Below, one piece after another: positions 1 through 14,479 of a DNA stretch of 64,000 nucleotides (positions are counted from its first letter, which is position 1; each line of letters begins with the position of its first letter). The notes beneath the pieces were generated by a model. It had not been told where the DNA came from. It saw only the letters and a program-made list of their open reading frames with translations, and made no database searches. Source of the DNA: Dicyema japonicum (lineage: Eukaryota > Animalia > Dicyemida); contig RDEW01000004.1 of the NCBI GenBank assembly GCA_011109175.1, positions 101,976-165,975 on the forward strand, written 5' to 3'. The translations under genes were made by a program, and so were the position numbers.

Positions 1-980
1 TTGTGGCATGTCGTTTATGTAGAGATTGAAGAGTTGGGGTGATAGTGGGGAGCCTTGAGGGACTCCATTTGAGAAATAGCGAGATCTTGATTTGATGTTG
101 TTGCAGAGTACTTGTGCTCGTCTTCCATTTAGGAAGTTTCCAAGCCAAAGTTTCAGGTTCGGATGGATATTGGTTTCAAATATTTTCTTTGTTAGGAGTT
201 TCCTAGGGACTGAGTCGAACGCTTTTGTGATGTCCACGGATATAAGTGCTGTCCTCTGATGGGGTTTGGGGGAGTTAAATCCTTCCGCAATGAATTGTGT
301 GAGGGTTGTAAGGTGTGTTGTTGTCGAATGGTTACCCCGGAATCCGTGCTGGGTCGGAGGTATTGAGATTGAGTTTTGTATTTTTTCCAAAACAAGCCTT
401 TCAAGGATCCTTGAGACCGGACTTAGAATAGATATTGGGAAATAGGAAGATGGTTCATCTATTGGTTTGTTGGGTTTTCGGATATGTCTGATTAGAGACT
501 TCTTCCATATTTCAGGGATTGTATTTGTGTAATGGATAGGTTGAAGATATAGGCTAATAGTTCCAGGGCTCAATGGCCTAGGTGCTTCAGTTCACATGTG
601 GTTATGTTGTCTGGTCCTTTGGCCTCTGAGTTGTAGGCCTTGGATATGGCTCTACGAACATCCTGACTAGTAAATAGGATCCAGTCATCGGAGCGTTTCG
701 GTTCAATCTTTTTCAGGAATTCTTAGTGTTCTTTTGAAAACTTCTTGTAGGATATAGACGTGTAATATTTTATCAGAGTGTCTGGTTTTATGTAGACTTC
801 GACTTTTCTCTCTAGGAAGGATTTTTTGATGTTTTTGATCCACTTCCACACTCTCTGCATTGGGGGGTTTTTGCAGAGTCTCGTCAATCTATTTGCATTT
901 TCTGCCTTTATGTTGTTGTCGATCTCTTTTTTCAATTTTCGTATTTTCCTGACGTTCTTTTCTGTTGGCGAATTTACCAT
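1..980 (-). mobile_element. Degenerate LINE (I/Jockey-group) reverse transcriptase region, runs off the window start
   Basis: Minus-strand translation across frameshifts gives RT motifs: PISILSPVSRILERLV, QHGFRGNHSTT, SVDITKAFDSV, GVPQGSPLSPQLFNLYINDMP. Confidence 0.9.
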
Positions 981-1193
981 CTTTAGATAATTTCGTTCTC
1001 TGATCAGTTGTTTCGTCGTTGTGTTGAAACGATAAAGTGCTCCGTAAATGAAAAATCTAAAATTCCCAAAGATTTTAAGCCTAGTCTGAATTATTATCCT
1101 ATTTAGTCATAAATATTTAAATTAATCATTTATAAAAATATTATAATAATTGGCTAACATTAATAAATTGTTGATACACGTAGATATATAGTG

Positions 1194-2780
1194 ATGATGT
1201 ATTTCAACCTATTCTTATTAACCTTTGTTGGCTCATTCGTTACAAAGATCGAAGATGATAACATGAACAGTATATTAAGCCAGAACAAATGGGTTTTTGT
1301 CAAATTTTGTAAAATCTAAACAAATTACTTGTCTAGTCGCTCCTTGGTGCGGCCACTGCAAGAGTCTGGCACCGCAATATGAGAAACTTTCCACTTATGG
1401 GCCCGATTTGGGAGTAATTTTCGGAGAAGTAGACTGCACTGAGGAGCAGGAAATATGCCATGATCATAACGTTAAAGGATACCCCACTTTGTTGTTTTTT
1501 GAAAATGGAAAGTCTAGCCAGTACAACGGTTGTCCACATAGCTTCAATTCTAGGGGATCGAACGGAACCTGACATGCTCAAATTCCTCAGGAAGAATGTC
1601 GGCAAATCTCTTACATTTGTTGACTCATTTGAAACCCTCAAAAATCTAATGTCCGAATCATTTGTCATCGCCTATCTTCCTGTACTGCTCTTTCTAATTT
1701 CCCATAGGACCCTGAATCTAATGATTTCCAGAATATTAAGAACTCTTCTGCCTCAGAAAGCTCTTCCTTTTACTACGTGACTGATTTCTCACTTCTCTCC
1801 TATCTGACCGATTCCCCCAGCTCTGTCTTATATTACAGAAATGTTGTTAAACTGCTTGAATTGTAGATGGACAACAAGACTATCAGCTTTACTGATGAGG
1901 AAATCAATTCTGAGACTATCAGTGATTTTATAAATATGAACATCCTCCCCCCTGTCATATGGATCACGAAGGAGAACTCAGGGCTACTATTTACTGAAGG
2001 ATCAAAAATTCTCATGGTTATGGTCAACGGGAGGGATGAAGTTCCCGGACTGGAGGAGATGATGCTAGAGGCTTTTCAATCAGTAAATGGCAAAGTAGTC
2101 GTTATGTATATTCAAGGTCAAAACGTGCATTTTGGATGTGTCCATTCCCGAGTCTGAAGGAATCGTGGAATTTTTTGAGCTTCCAAAGATCCCTGGTTTT
2201 GGAGGAATCCATTTTATGGATTCATTAGTGCGCTACCATCCCGATAACATAGAGGTCACCAATGAAAACTTAATAAATTTTATCACTTTGTTATCACGTG
2301 GAGAAGCTAAGGTGTGATATGGTTTATATTGGCAGAGATTCATCAAGAAAGAACCTGTCCCTGAAGATTGGGATGAGTTAACTGTTAAGGTGGTAACACA
2401 TCTTAACTTTGATAATGTCGTGCTGGATGAGACTAAGAATGTGTTCGTAATGTTCTGTAGATATTTTTTGTGATATGCAGACGCCCCCTGGTGTTCCCAT
2501 TGTAACAAGTTGAAGCCTATTTGGGAACAACTGGCCATGCATTTTGAGGACAACACTGCTGTTGTGGTCGCCAAAACAGATGCTACGAAGAATGAGTATG
2601 ACATTGCGATTGAAGGATTCCCCACTCTGTTGTTCTATCCTACTGGATCAAAGACGTTGGAGAGCTACAAGAGTTATGGTGGATTGAGGAATCTAAAGGA
2701 GTTAATATCCTTTGTTGAGTCGAATGCTGTATTGGTAAGAATGTTGTGATATCTTAAAGCCCCCGTCTGAGGACTTGTAG
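1194..2780 (+). CDS. PDI: Protein disulfide-isomerase (a-b-b'-a'), spliced
   Basis: Signal peptide MMYFNLFLLTFVGSF. FAPWCGHCK forms after removing intron 1309-1336 and YAPWCSHCNK after intron 2457-2480. C-terminus PPSEDL (KDEL-like) after intron 2735-2759. Internal exon boundaries only partly traced. Confidence 0.93.
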
Positions 2781-3589
2781 ACGTCATTGTTTCTTTTGGG
2801 ATGGTTTAATAATTTATTTGTTATGGCTAATTAAGCTTTTGGTTTATTAGCTTACATTTGATTGCTTAGGACTTCATTGATGCTCTCAATCTGACAGTTG
2901 GTGAATTTTTGGAGAGTCATTAACTAGGTATCAGTTAGGCAGTCTGAATAGTCAAGCTGTTTCCACTCTCAATAGCAATCGATAGCCCTCTTGAGCCAAT
3001 TTGTCCCCCGTGGATCTCTGATGTTTGTTGGATTAGCCATCTGTCTAGCGCACAAAGTTGTCAGCATGCTGGGTCAGTATTCCAGATGTTTCCATAGAAA
3101 ACGCAACGAAAAAATAGTTTTTCGTGATTTACTAGTACTTCTCACTCTTGTTGTCCTCAGCCAATTTCTAGGCAGCATATGGTTTTCCTTGGAGTAGGTT
3201 TTCGAGCAAATTACGTCTCAGACCATAATGCTGTCATTCCATGTGATCCCTTGCCGTCGGTCCTCAATAAACCAGTGGGCTTCAAATGATGACGAGCTAG
3301 CTTGGGAGAATTCTTGATGGTGACGTTGAAACAATCGTGCCGTGTGAAGCGACCCACACTCACCAGACAAAAAAACTAGGTTCTTTCCCCACATAATTTT
3401 AGGCAAAATCGGAGTTGAACAGCAATCCTTACAGAATCGTCGTACAACAGGTTTCAATGTCCTTTAAACAATGAATCTCTTGGAAAAAAACCCCATTTCA
3501 TATTCGCTTTCTGATTGGTACCATCCTTCGGACTATTGCGACAAAAATTCTCACAAATTTTCATCCCTTCATTAGTGACATAGATACGT

Positions 3590-4240
3590 TCGGAATATAA
3601 ATTGAGGATCGTATACCAATAGTTTGGATGAAAAAGACCGTGGGGTCATGGTAGGAGCATCGAGAAAAGATGCTCGATTATTGAGAGATGCCGGGATCAC
3701 TTGAATATTAGTTAGTGGTCAAGAAGGTGTTTCTTTTGCTTAAATAACAATAAGGCATTCTAAGGAAGTAAAAAACCCAACCCGTCTTGTACAATCAACT
3801 TTTAAAACCGACGGTTAAGTATGCTTGTGCCTCATGGGCTTATGGAGTTTCAATATCAAATTTGTACAAGATCAATTCCCTAACAGCCAAATTGGTACGT
3901 CTAACGAATCTACCTGCCGATCTTTCCCCCAATGCTTGACCATGCCTCAATCGAAAACAACGGTTCCGGTTTCATTGGTCTGTGTGGTCACGAAACAAGT
4001 CGTTTCTTTCATTCAAGACTAGAAGCCTCAAATACACGTAAATTGGAAAAAAAACCTACCCTCTTCAAAATCTAATGAAAGATGATCGTCGTCGATACAG
4101 TAAAGCCGTGGGTACTCTAGAGGAACATAAGAAAAACCTCTCGATCCCTTTGAGGTGTACCGGGATCACTTAATTAGTTGGTTTACTCCTTTTTTCTTGG
4201 TGTTCTCTTCTCGGGGTTATTAAATAATAAATAAAATCAA
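3590..4240 (+). mobile_element. Two tandem 5'-truncated LINE 3' ends
   Basis: LYNQLLKPTVKYACASWA (post-RT motif) near 3790-3840. Two GGGATCAC (GIT-stop) termini at 3693 and 4162, each followed by TTAGTT and an A-rich tail. Confidence 0.75.
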
Positions 4241-4259
4241 CGGGAAGTGTTGTCCGAAA

Positions 4260-5700
4260 CCGAACTTGTCAAAGCGAATAGATTCCTTGATAGGTTGGAT
4301 GTCTCCGTCAGAAAAGATAAAAGATTTTTTCTACATAACGATGATATCCTCGTGGCAGAATAGTAATTTCAACAGGAAAAAAAGTCTTTAGCACAAAAAT
4401 AATATTTATATCTAAAAAAACTTATCCTGTTAGCAAAATAACTCATAAGAGCTCTTTGGTCACCCAACAACTCCATCACTCCGCATTTTTTAATACCGCA
4501 TCCAAGTAAGACAAGAGAATTCCTGCCAGACTTCCACCAAGAATACAGTCTTCCAGATATCAAATATTAAGGGGGTGTAGATATATTTTGTTCAATCGCC
4601 AAAAAGAAGGGAACCTAAAAGATTGTTCGTCTGAACTTCAATTTCAGAGGAAATAACTTCAAAAACAAGTGGGGAGGGTTTCGAGTACTACAGATAAACA
4701 AAGGGATAGGGGTGTTCTCTCCCAAGGCTCACGCACGATGTCCCTTCTTACTGAATTGCGTAAATCAAGTTTAAAGAAGACTCTGTCCCCATTATTGAAA
4801 TCGGATGACATCCCAACAAATCATCTAAATACATAGATCCCCGCCTCACAGTCGCCCTGACTTCGACACCCACCTGTGAAGGACACAAATAGATTGACAA
4901 TCCTCCAAAAACATGTCACAGCATAAAGCCTAATTCCATTATTTTATTTCCCGACAAAGTTAGACTTGCAGAGAAAAGAAGATTACGGCCAAAATCAATA
5001 ACATTCTTCGAAGTATCCATTCCCTGAGATCANCCTCACAGTCGCCCTGACTTCGACACCCACCTGTGAAGGACACAAATAGATTGACAATCCTCCAAAA
5101 ACATGTCACAGCATAAAGCCTAATTCCATTATTTTATTTCCCGACAAAGTTAGACTTGCAGAGAAAAGAAGATTACGGCCAAAATCAATAACATTCTTCG
5201 AAGTATCCATTCCCTGAGATCAAGGATTCTCCCCATCAGTAGGGTCTCAGGAGGGCCGACAGTCTGGGATAAAAATTCAGTGAAAAGTTAGACTTGCAGA
5301 GAAAAGAAGATTACGGCCAAAATCAATAACATTCTTCGAAGTATCCATTCCCTGAGATCAAGGATTCTCCCCATCAGTAGGGTCTCAGGAGGGCCGACAG
5401 TCTGGGATAAAAATTCAGTGAAATGTTTGGGTTTAGCTTATAACTCCTCAACTTCTACTTCTTCGGAAAGAACGAAATGCATCGTGAAGGTGAGCAGGAA
5501 GCCATTAATTACCGTGAAGGAACCAGTCTGAGATAGTAACACCTTCCATTTTGTATCGGATGGTTGGCTTGTCACCCATAGGAGGTGGTAGAGTTGATAT
5601 CTCTACCAATGATCACATCGCTCAAAACCAAAGTGGATCAATACTTAGGACAGAACCAGGTGGGGGCACGTAGAGCAGAAGTTAATGGGAGATTCTTTTT
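4260..5700 (-). mobile_element. Degenerate CRE-clade non-LTR retrotransposon RT fragment
   Basis: Minus-strand motifs typical of CRE RT: LLFSASLT..NK.NGIR..AV, LQVGV, FFKLD.RN.VRR, EVQ.NNLLGSLLF, YLEDCILGG. Frameshifted. Confidence 0.65.
4844..5423. repeat. Local tandem duplications (189 bp around an N at 5033; ~137 bp at 5147-5283/5285-5423)
   Basis: Direct identity of 4844-5032 with 5034-5222, separated by a single N. Probably an assembly overlap. Confidence 0.9.
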
Positions 5701-5899
5701 TTTAATCAAAGCGATCTCAATCCGCTAAGAAAGAGTGTAGTTACAAAATTTTACCTCTTAATGTTTAACTTGCACATTTGTCCACCTCTTGCGGTGAGCT
5801 GAGGGTCCCTTCCGGCTAGTTGAGAATGAATGCGCGTGTCGGCGGGGAGAAAGTATCCCCGAAAATAAATCCTTAATGGTTCTCTTTACTAGAACTTAC

Positions 5900-7130
5900 A
5901 GAATTGGTGGACCACAAAAAACCAAGAATAATCTGCCAATTAGGAGGGAAAACAAACCCATCATCCCAGCCTCATTAAGCAGCCATCTCACCTTTGCACA
6001 GTGTTCTTCCCGAGATCTGACGCACATCTGTACGCTCGTGTTGTAAATTTTGGAGGTGGCACTAGAACTCCAGTTCTCATTACAAGAGCCTCGAAAGGAT
6101 TTGGTTTAACAGAAAAGTGAATAATCTTTGTAGAGTCCTTTGACTGTTTTTCTTAATTTGTTTGGACAGATTCGTCCCCACACAGGCATACCTAATTGTC
6201 GGATGTATCATAGAGTAATCTTAACGTTGTGTTAAAGCACCCTTTCTAGTGAGTGTTTTTACGAACTAAAGCTTTTTTGCTGGGACGAGGAGATGACCTA
6301 GTTAACGCGTTTACTGGCTGTCATGAGAGGGTCATACGTAATACCCAATAACTTGACAGAGCTTGTGAAGGGGATTAAAACTCCATTAAGGGCAGTATAA
6401 GTTAGTCTTCCATTTGAAGTAAATATCACTGTGGTCTTGTGTACAATAGGTTCCTCATAAGCAAACTGCTTTGTGGTCCTGTAAATCTTGTAAAATACCG
6501 CACTTTTTATTTTTGGATGTTTGTCACCACTTGGCTCATGCGACCGTTGATGAAGTTAGCCAACGATAATTTAAGTTTGGGGGTAGATTGACGTCAGAAG
6601 AATTTTGCGATAAAGATCTTCAAGGATACTGAATCGAAAGCCTTCTCCATATCCACTGAGACCAGTACGGTTCTCTTGTGTGGTAAAGAGTATTCAGGTC
6701 ATCGGAAATGAGTTTGTTTGATAATGAGTTCAGAATATCGACTCTGACCGGTAGATTAGTAGTAAGTCATATTTGATTTCCCCCAATGACTACTTAGTCT
6801 AAGGTTTTTCTTCCTTTTATCCGTTGCTTATTTTCTCTCGTTCTATTACAGAGACGTCATGGGATCCACCTATTTCAGAAGGCATCCAATGCCAAAGTGG
6901 AACCAAAAAGGATCAGTTGCATTCTCCTACTCAACTGAAGGGGTTCCGATAACCGCAAGGACTGACCTTTCGAGCAGATATCTTAAGAAATCACTATTAA
7001 ATTAAGAGGGAACCAGACCATCAGGTGATCCCGACTTCTCTCAGAACCAACTCATCTTAGCTCGTAGTTCTTTCCCAGATCCAACACACTGTCTGTATTC
7101 TCGCTGTACATACAGGGACTCTAATCTTAG
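5900..7130 (-). mobile_element. Degenerate LINE RT fragment plus a separate LINE 3' end
   Basis: PHKRTVLVSVDMEKAFDSV and VKLLGITYD on the minus strand (same family as 1-980). GIT-stop terminus at 7025-7032 preceded by YRQCVGSGKELRAKMS. Confidence 0.75.
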
Positions 7131-7746
7131 TTATGTAACCCCGGCCTCACAACTTGTAGTTCAGTATTCTATGCGGTTCACCTTCACGCAGCAAAAATTT
7201 GATGCCAGTTTCAACATGGCAACTAAAACCCACAAATACTCCCGTTTCAACCTGTTCAGAGAAGCAGGACCGAATTATGGCGACTATTAAGCGACCAAAG
7301 CTTTCGCTCTCAAAAATCTAGGACTTAATCTTGCAAAAAAAATTCATTTTTTTAAATCTCTGAAATACTATAAAATCTTTAAAGTTCTATTATTCTCCCT
7401 GGCCATAACGAGAAATAATTTTCCGAGTAATTCCATAATTGGTCATTATTGCGTGTTAAGTCCCAATATAATTAAAAAACGGCGTCGACAATAAATGAAA
7501 GGAAAATTCAAATTCTTTCAGTACGACTTGTACAAGAAAAGTATAAGTAATATTCGGAATTCTAACTGTAAGGAACATTGTATTGTCCACGTGGCTCAAA
7601 ATCCCCCTGGTATCACTATTCAATGAGTATAGGGTACGATTTGCTCAAAAATCTTTTCACAACTTCAGCAATAGCTCCCGATGTCTCCGTTCCAGCACGT
7701 GTTTTACCATCGAGTGCAAGAATACCAGCTTATATCGGAATTCCGA

Positions 7747-8248
7747 AGTTAGCAAAAAAGTCTGTCCCCCCAATACCTCCACCAAGACGGAGAGCAGCCC
7801 CAGATCCGACGAAGATTGTGGCTTTACTTACATCACAGTCTAACATGCAAAAGATTGCAGTTCCCGTACACCCTGACTGACTGCCAGACAACAGGAAAAA
7901 AGAGGCACCACTACCACCATGTCAAATCTCATCCCTACCCCCTCCCCCTAGTAACATTCAGAAGGATATCTCCAAACTAATTGTTACTAAAATTACGNAG
8001 TTAGCAAAAAAGTCTGTCCCCCCAATACCTCCACCAAGACGGAGAGCAGCCCCAGATCCGACGAAGATTGTGGCTTTACTTACATCACAGTCTAACATGC
8101 AAAAGATTGCAGTTCCCGTACACCCTCACAGACTGCCAGACAACAGGAAAAAAGAGGCACCACTACCACCATGTCAAATCTCATCCCTACCCCCTCCCCC
8201 TAGTAACATTCAGAAGGATATCTCGAGACTAATTGTTACTAAAATTAC
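7747..8248. repeat. ~250-bp tandem duplication across an N (7998) within a proline-rich ORF
   Basis: 7747-7997 repeats at 7999-8248 with a few substitutions (CCTGACTGA vs CCTCACAGA), as expected for two haplotypes joined at a gap. Confidence 0.85.
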
Positions 8249-8651
8249 GCCGATTATTCCCGAAATTATGCCTCCATGCAATCCCCATTCTCTAATTATC
8301 CCAAAAACTCCACCCCCACACTGTGGACACCTTTTCACGGAAGGTAACTCGTTAAATCATATTATTAGAATTGGTCTCCAAGTTTAATTTCATTGACATC
8401 AAATGTCTCCCATTTCCTCATACCTTTACTTCTGTTTATGCTAAAATTTTTAATAAATAAGAATTTTTTATTACTCCATTCAGTTTAGAGTCATGCAAAT
8501 CACAACAAGGGTTCACTTACAATCGCCAAATGCCTTCGAGGACTAATTCTTGTGTTTTTCCTCAAAATCATCATTTTCTAGATTTACTTGGGTACATCGT
8601 ATATTAGGCTTATTAGCTGGGCGATTTCCGTCAACAAAGTCAAAAATCCGC

Positions 8652-8745
8652 ATAATAATAACACCAGAGACCACGGTTACACAAACTAACTAATCACGTG
8701 ATCCCAGCACGGTCTAGCAGGGACCTCATATTGCCTCGCATGTTC
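8652..8745 (-). mobile_element. Short 5'-truncated LINE 3' end
   Basis: Near-exact reverse complement of 10330-10410 (GGGATCACGTGATTAGTTAGTTTGTGTAACCGTGGTCTCTGGTGTTATTATT). Confidence 0.85.
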
Positions 8746-9859
8746 TTAAAAGTGTTTAAAACTTCTAAAATATGACTTTTAATAAAAAATATTAAATTTT
8801 TATTTTTAATCAAAAACGGAATAACATTATTTTGAATAATTTTCAGAATCGCTGATAATCACTCTCCTATTAGAAGAATGTACGGCCAACCGATCATCAT
8901 TCCTTTTTCCACACTGGAGTTAATCAATTATTTTCCAGCATCGAACGGTGCATCACATAGTCCAAAAGTTGCTCAAACTGATATGAAATCTTCATTGGCT
9001 CGACCACCAGTGTTTTATAAATAAAAAATTATAAAGTTAAAACAAGTCAAAATTTTGGCGTAGCGTCAAATTTAGTCAGGAAATAATTTTTGGGTCAATT
9101 AACTCAAAATTTAATTGTTTTTTTATTTTTTGAGAAAAAACTCCACAATTGGATTTAATGTACGACAGCATACTTTTAACTGCAGAAAACACGTTTTATT
9201 TAATCTTTCATTTAATCGGCATACTCCGTGAGCGTTGCTGGCTATTTGAGCGAATCTCGCTTACCAGCATGGGAGGGAATAGTCAGTTAGCCAGATATAA
9301 AGAATTTGAGTTTCTGAAAATTTCGATCAATATCATCCTTTCAAATGACGTGACCTCAATGCTAATGTCAAATAATTTCCACTTTAATCATTTCTAGGCA
9401 CTAATAGAAGGTCCCAGAGATCCCGGAGATGGGGGACAATATGAGACAGCCCACGTGGGTAAAAAATCAAATTTTGATTTTTTAAACTGCTTATTTAAAC
9501 ACTATTTTTACAAATGCAATAATATAATACTTATTTCAAGTCTCCTAAGTACTTTAACACATGCACTACAAATGAAGAATCACCAGGACAGCATAGCGGT
9601 CGGTTAACTGAATTGAAAACATATGCCCAAAAAGTTCGGGCTGTGGAGGTCCCTAAAGAGACTCAGCGTCGTTTTTCAAATAATCGAAACTCGCGACAGG
9701 CCCTCCGCAGGAGCTAGACCGTGTACACGCGGAGCGTTACCTGTGATATAAGTAGTGTTTAGTTTCAACAATAAATTCTCATTTAAATATCTTTTATTTA
9801 AGGACCATCTCAAAATAACAGGTATATTTTCGCGATTTATAAGAAATGTTTGGCAAGTT

Positions 9860-10410
9860 CTTTCCATTTTACTTCAGACAAGAGACTGGGAAGACAGATG
9901 GTCGAACTGAAGGCAAGCTATTTCTTTCAGAAAATCCCAAAGGATTCTTGGGGTGACTTTTGACATGCATATGTCATTTTCTCCCCATGTTGAAAACGTA
10001 ATTACGAAATGCGAAAATAAAACTAATGTTCTGAAATGCCTCACAGGCTTCTGGAAGATCGAAGAGCATTCTGTTTGAGCACTGTATATAAACAATTCAT
10101 TGAACCATGCATCTCTTATGCATGTGGTATATGGGGCCCATTCATCTCTTGGACGAATGTCTTGAAGATCGAGGCTAGCCGGAAAAGAGCCTCCAAAATC
10201 ACGGAACGCTGGATTTCTGGAGAGTTCCAGCCACCATTGTCACTTGAAGCCTTGATACGAATGAACCATGGAAGTCCAGTCACTCGACCGATACGTGCTT
10301 GTGTGGGGTCGAGGGAGGAGCATTGGGTCAAGATGAGGTCCCTTCTAGAGCGTGCTGGGATCACGTGATTAGTTAGTTTGTGTAACCGTGGTCTCTGGTG
10401 TTATTATTAC
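9860..10410 (+). mobile_element. 5'-truncated LINE 3' part
   Basis: RILGVTFD and TVYKQFIEPCISYACGIWG motifs. Ends LLERAGIT-stop plus a (TAT)n tail. Closely similar to 15800-16150 (minus). Confidence 0.88.
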
Positions 10411-10631
10411 AGAATATTTCCCTTTCCGACTAAAGCTATCTATCATTACCTGTGATAGAAGTGACTCCCAACATCCGAGCACTTATGACCCCCATCTTTC
10501 ACAGATTGGGTAGAAGTAGAAAAGGTATTGAGGATTAAGAGTCGAATAGACATGAATGAATGCAATAGAGTCAAGTCCTAAAATAAAATCAACTGAAAAT
10601 TATATTTAATGCCAAATTGTGTTCGAATTAG

Positions 10632-11909
<1,278 letters not shown>

Positions 11910-12004
11910 TTTTATTGAATTTATTAATTCTACGTCATAATCTATTTAAATAATCAAGTACGCATTTTCTACGTTGAATAATTAATTATTTCGACAAATT
12001 TTTA

Positions 12005-12633
12005 CATTATAAACGCTTTCTCTAACATATAAAAAGTCTCTATACTAGCTCATGACCTCGGGCTTTTTTAGGTCATGGTGTCCTTGATTCATTCTCTTAA
12101 GTCACTCACGTGGTTAGTTGGGCAGAAGGCTTAGGTGGTGATGTACATTTATTGCATGGAGTCTAAATAGCTTTTTGAAGGATGAAAGTCTTTGTCTCCC
12201 TCCTCGTGAGGATGCACTATATGACCGACTCGGGAGACATGGTAGCCCAAGTTCTGGACATGAAATGTCAGATGGAAGTAATAAATTAGTTATCTCTGAT
12301 TTGGTGGAGTAGTTTTACTAAAGTGAAATAAGAATAATTCTGAATCATGGTTAGGGACATTGCATGACCGTATCCAAGTTAAAAAAGAATTTGAAAAGGG
12401 GGAATTGGTTCACGCAATTAAAGCCATTAAGGGATAAATGAGGGAGGAATTGGCTTATTGAGTGTGAAAGGAATTGAATGTTCAACTTTGAGAATGTACA
12501 TCACCACCTCAGCCTTCTGCCCGACTAACCACGTGTATAACTTAAGAGAATGAATTAAGGACACCATGACCTAAAAAAGACCGAGGTCATGAGCTAGTAT
12601 AGATACTTTTTTTATGTTAGAGCGTTTGTAATG
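12005..12633. mobile_element. MITE-like element with ~145-bp terminal inverted repeats
   Basis: 12000-12149 is the near reverse complement of 12493-12638. TA flanks at 12003-12004 and 12634-12635 are a candidate Tc1/mariner-type TSD. No recognisable ORF inside. Confidence 0.8.
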
Positions 12634-13199
12634 TAAAAGGCTGATAGAAACTTTAACTAGTCGTTAGCTGTTTTAAATTAACGTAAAAAATTATGAAAGG
12701 AAACTAAACCAAATGTAAATATCAATTCCCACATCGGCAGGGGAGAACATAATCCAAAGGAATCCGTCAATTTAACAAAACGTGAAGGATAAATAAGAGG
12801 ACAAATATAGGGAAAGAACTAGTCAGTCACATAAGCTTACAAAATACCGAATATTAACCTTAAAAAATTGACAAGAAAAACCAGCTTTCATATAGAAAGA
12901 AACATAAAGTTCGCACTATTGATTATAAAATTATTCAGTGCATCATCAACAAATTTAACGATGACATATTACACTGATGCAAAGTCAATGGACTTTAATG
13001 CAACAAAATACGTCGTTTTCGGAAGATTAATCATTAGAATCGACATATATCGCTTGTTTCTGATTTTAACCTTTTCAACCACTACAAAAATTTGCTAATC
13101 TCCATAAGATATATGAAAAAATTTATTGATTAAATTATAAAAAACAATTAACATTAATTATAATATAGATTTCTCAGAGTGCTTTCAAATTATTTCAAA

Positions 13200-13445
13200 T
13201 TATTTCTCGACAGGTACATTTTCGCACCTGTCGCGATTGAAACTTCGGGGAACTTTGGCCCTAAAACGCTGAAGTTCCTGAACCATTTGGGAAAACTACT
13301 AACTGACAAAACTGGTGATCTTCGTGAGACGAGATGGCTCAAGGAGAGGCTCTCGTTGGCTGTTGTCCGTGGGAATAGCTTTTGCATCTCCCAACAGCTG
13401 AATTAAAATTAACTAGTCTTTTTTCTTTTTCCTTATAATAATAAT
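13200..13445 (+). mobile_element. CRE-clade retrotransposon 3' end (RLE endonuclease C-terminus)
   Basis: YIFAPVAIETSGNFGPKTLKFL...WLKERLSLAVVRGNS, homologous to 61540-61727. Followed by a (TAA)n-like tail. Confidence 0.85.
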
Positions 13446-13454
13446 GAGTTTAAA

Positions 13455-14400
13455 TTATTTCTTTATAGGTCGGAAGGTTGAGTTTAGGAAAAGACTGAAC
13501 ACATAAGAATCACAAGGGAATCAAAATATATTGATGAAAATTGGAGGAAAAAAGGAAATTGAGATCCTTACTTGGTGATAGTTAGGACATGATGTATAGA
13601 AGAGTTCTAGCCACTGCCATATATAAGAAAATGCAGAAGATATGGAGTTGACGAAAACTAATAAAAACAAATCTAAGAATGACTATACAACGCATATATA
13701 AAGCCGATGCTTATGTACAACTCGGGTACATGGGGGGGGGGTCACAGAGCTAGAGCTCAAGAAAATGGATATATTTCATAGAAAACAATTACGCAATTNG
13801 ATATGGAGTTGACGAAAACTAATAAAAACAAATCTAAGAATAAGACTATACAACGCATATATAAAGCCGATGCTTATGTACAACTCGGGTACATGGGGGG
13901 GGGGTCACAGAGCTAGAGCTCAAGAAAATGGATATATTTCATCGAAAACAATTACGCAATTTAATGGGCATAGGTTGACCAAAGAGATTTCAAATAAGAA
14001 ATTATACTCTGTGGCACAATCGAGGCCAATAAGCATCGACATTATTGAATCAAGATGGAGACTGTTTGGCACGTGCTTAGAATGGACATAAACGTCCCTG
14101 CAAATATAATAATGGACAATTACTTTAACAATGAGAACAAACCATCGTTCAGAGGAAGACCCAGAGTCACTCTACCCGTAGCTCTGAACAAAGATCTTAA
14201 TGGAATTGGAAGAAAACTTAAATCCGCAGAAGACCTAGAAGATCTACAGACAGATGCGCAAAACAGAGGGCGATGGAGACGCCTAGTGAAGCAAATTTCG
14301 AAACGTGTGGCACAAACGGGACAATAGTTAATATAACGTTCTTTGGTTCTGTGGGCGTAGTACACGCCCACTTAATACTTACATCTCAGTATATAACATC
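13455..14400 (+). mobile_element. RTE-clade LINE 3' half with an internal ~161-bp tandem duplication
   Basis: YNAYIKPMLMYNSGTW, RWRLFGHVLRM, FRGRPRVTLP...LNKDL, NRGRWRRLV. 13640-13800 is repeated at 13801-13961. Confidence 0.88.
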
Positions 14401-14479
14401 TCCTCTTTAATTTTATCAAGAGACAGTAGAAACCCAAAGTTTTTAAATAAGTAAACTTCGGATGTTCCAATGTCCTAGT

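Noticed and set aside
4844-5222. 189-bp direct repeat that could be taken for an LTR pair or array
   Set aside because: The copies are adjacent, identical and separated by a single N, typical of a scaffolding overlap.
7747-8248. 250-bp tandem repeat
   Set aside because: Joined at an N with a few allelic differences. Most likely two haplotypes.
8652-10410. Inverted ~85-bp repeats 1.7 kb apart that look like TIRs of a DNA transposon
   Set aside because: Both are ordinary 3' ends of the same LINE family in opposite orientation. No TSD flanks the pair.
13640-13961. 161-bp tandem duplication inside an RTE relic
   Set aside because: It lies in dead TE sequence and may be an assembly or slippage product. 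No functional implication is visible.
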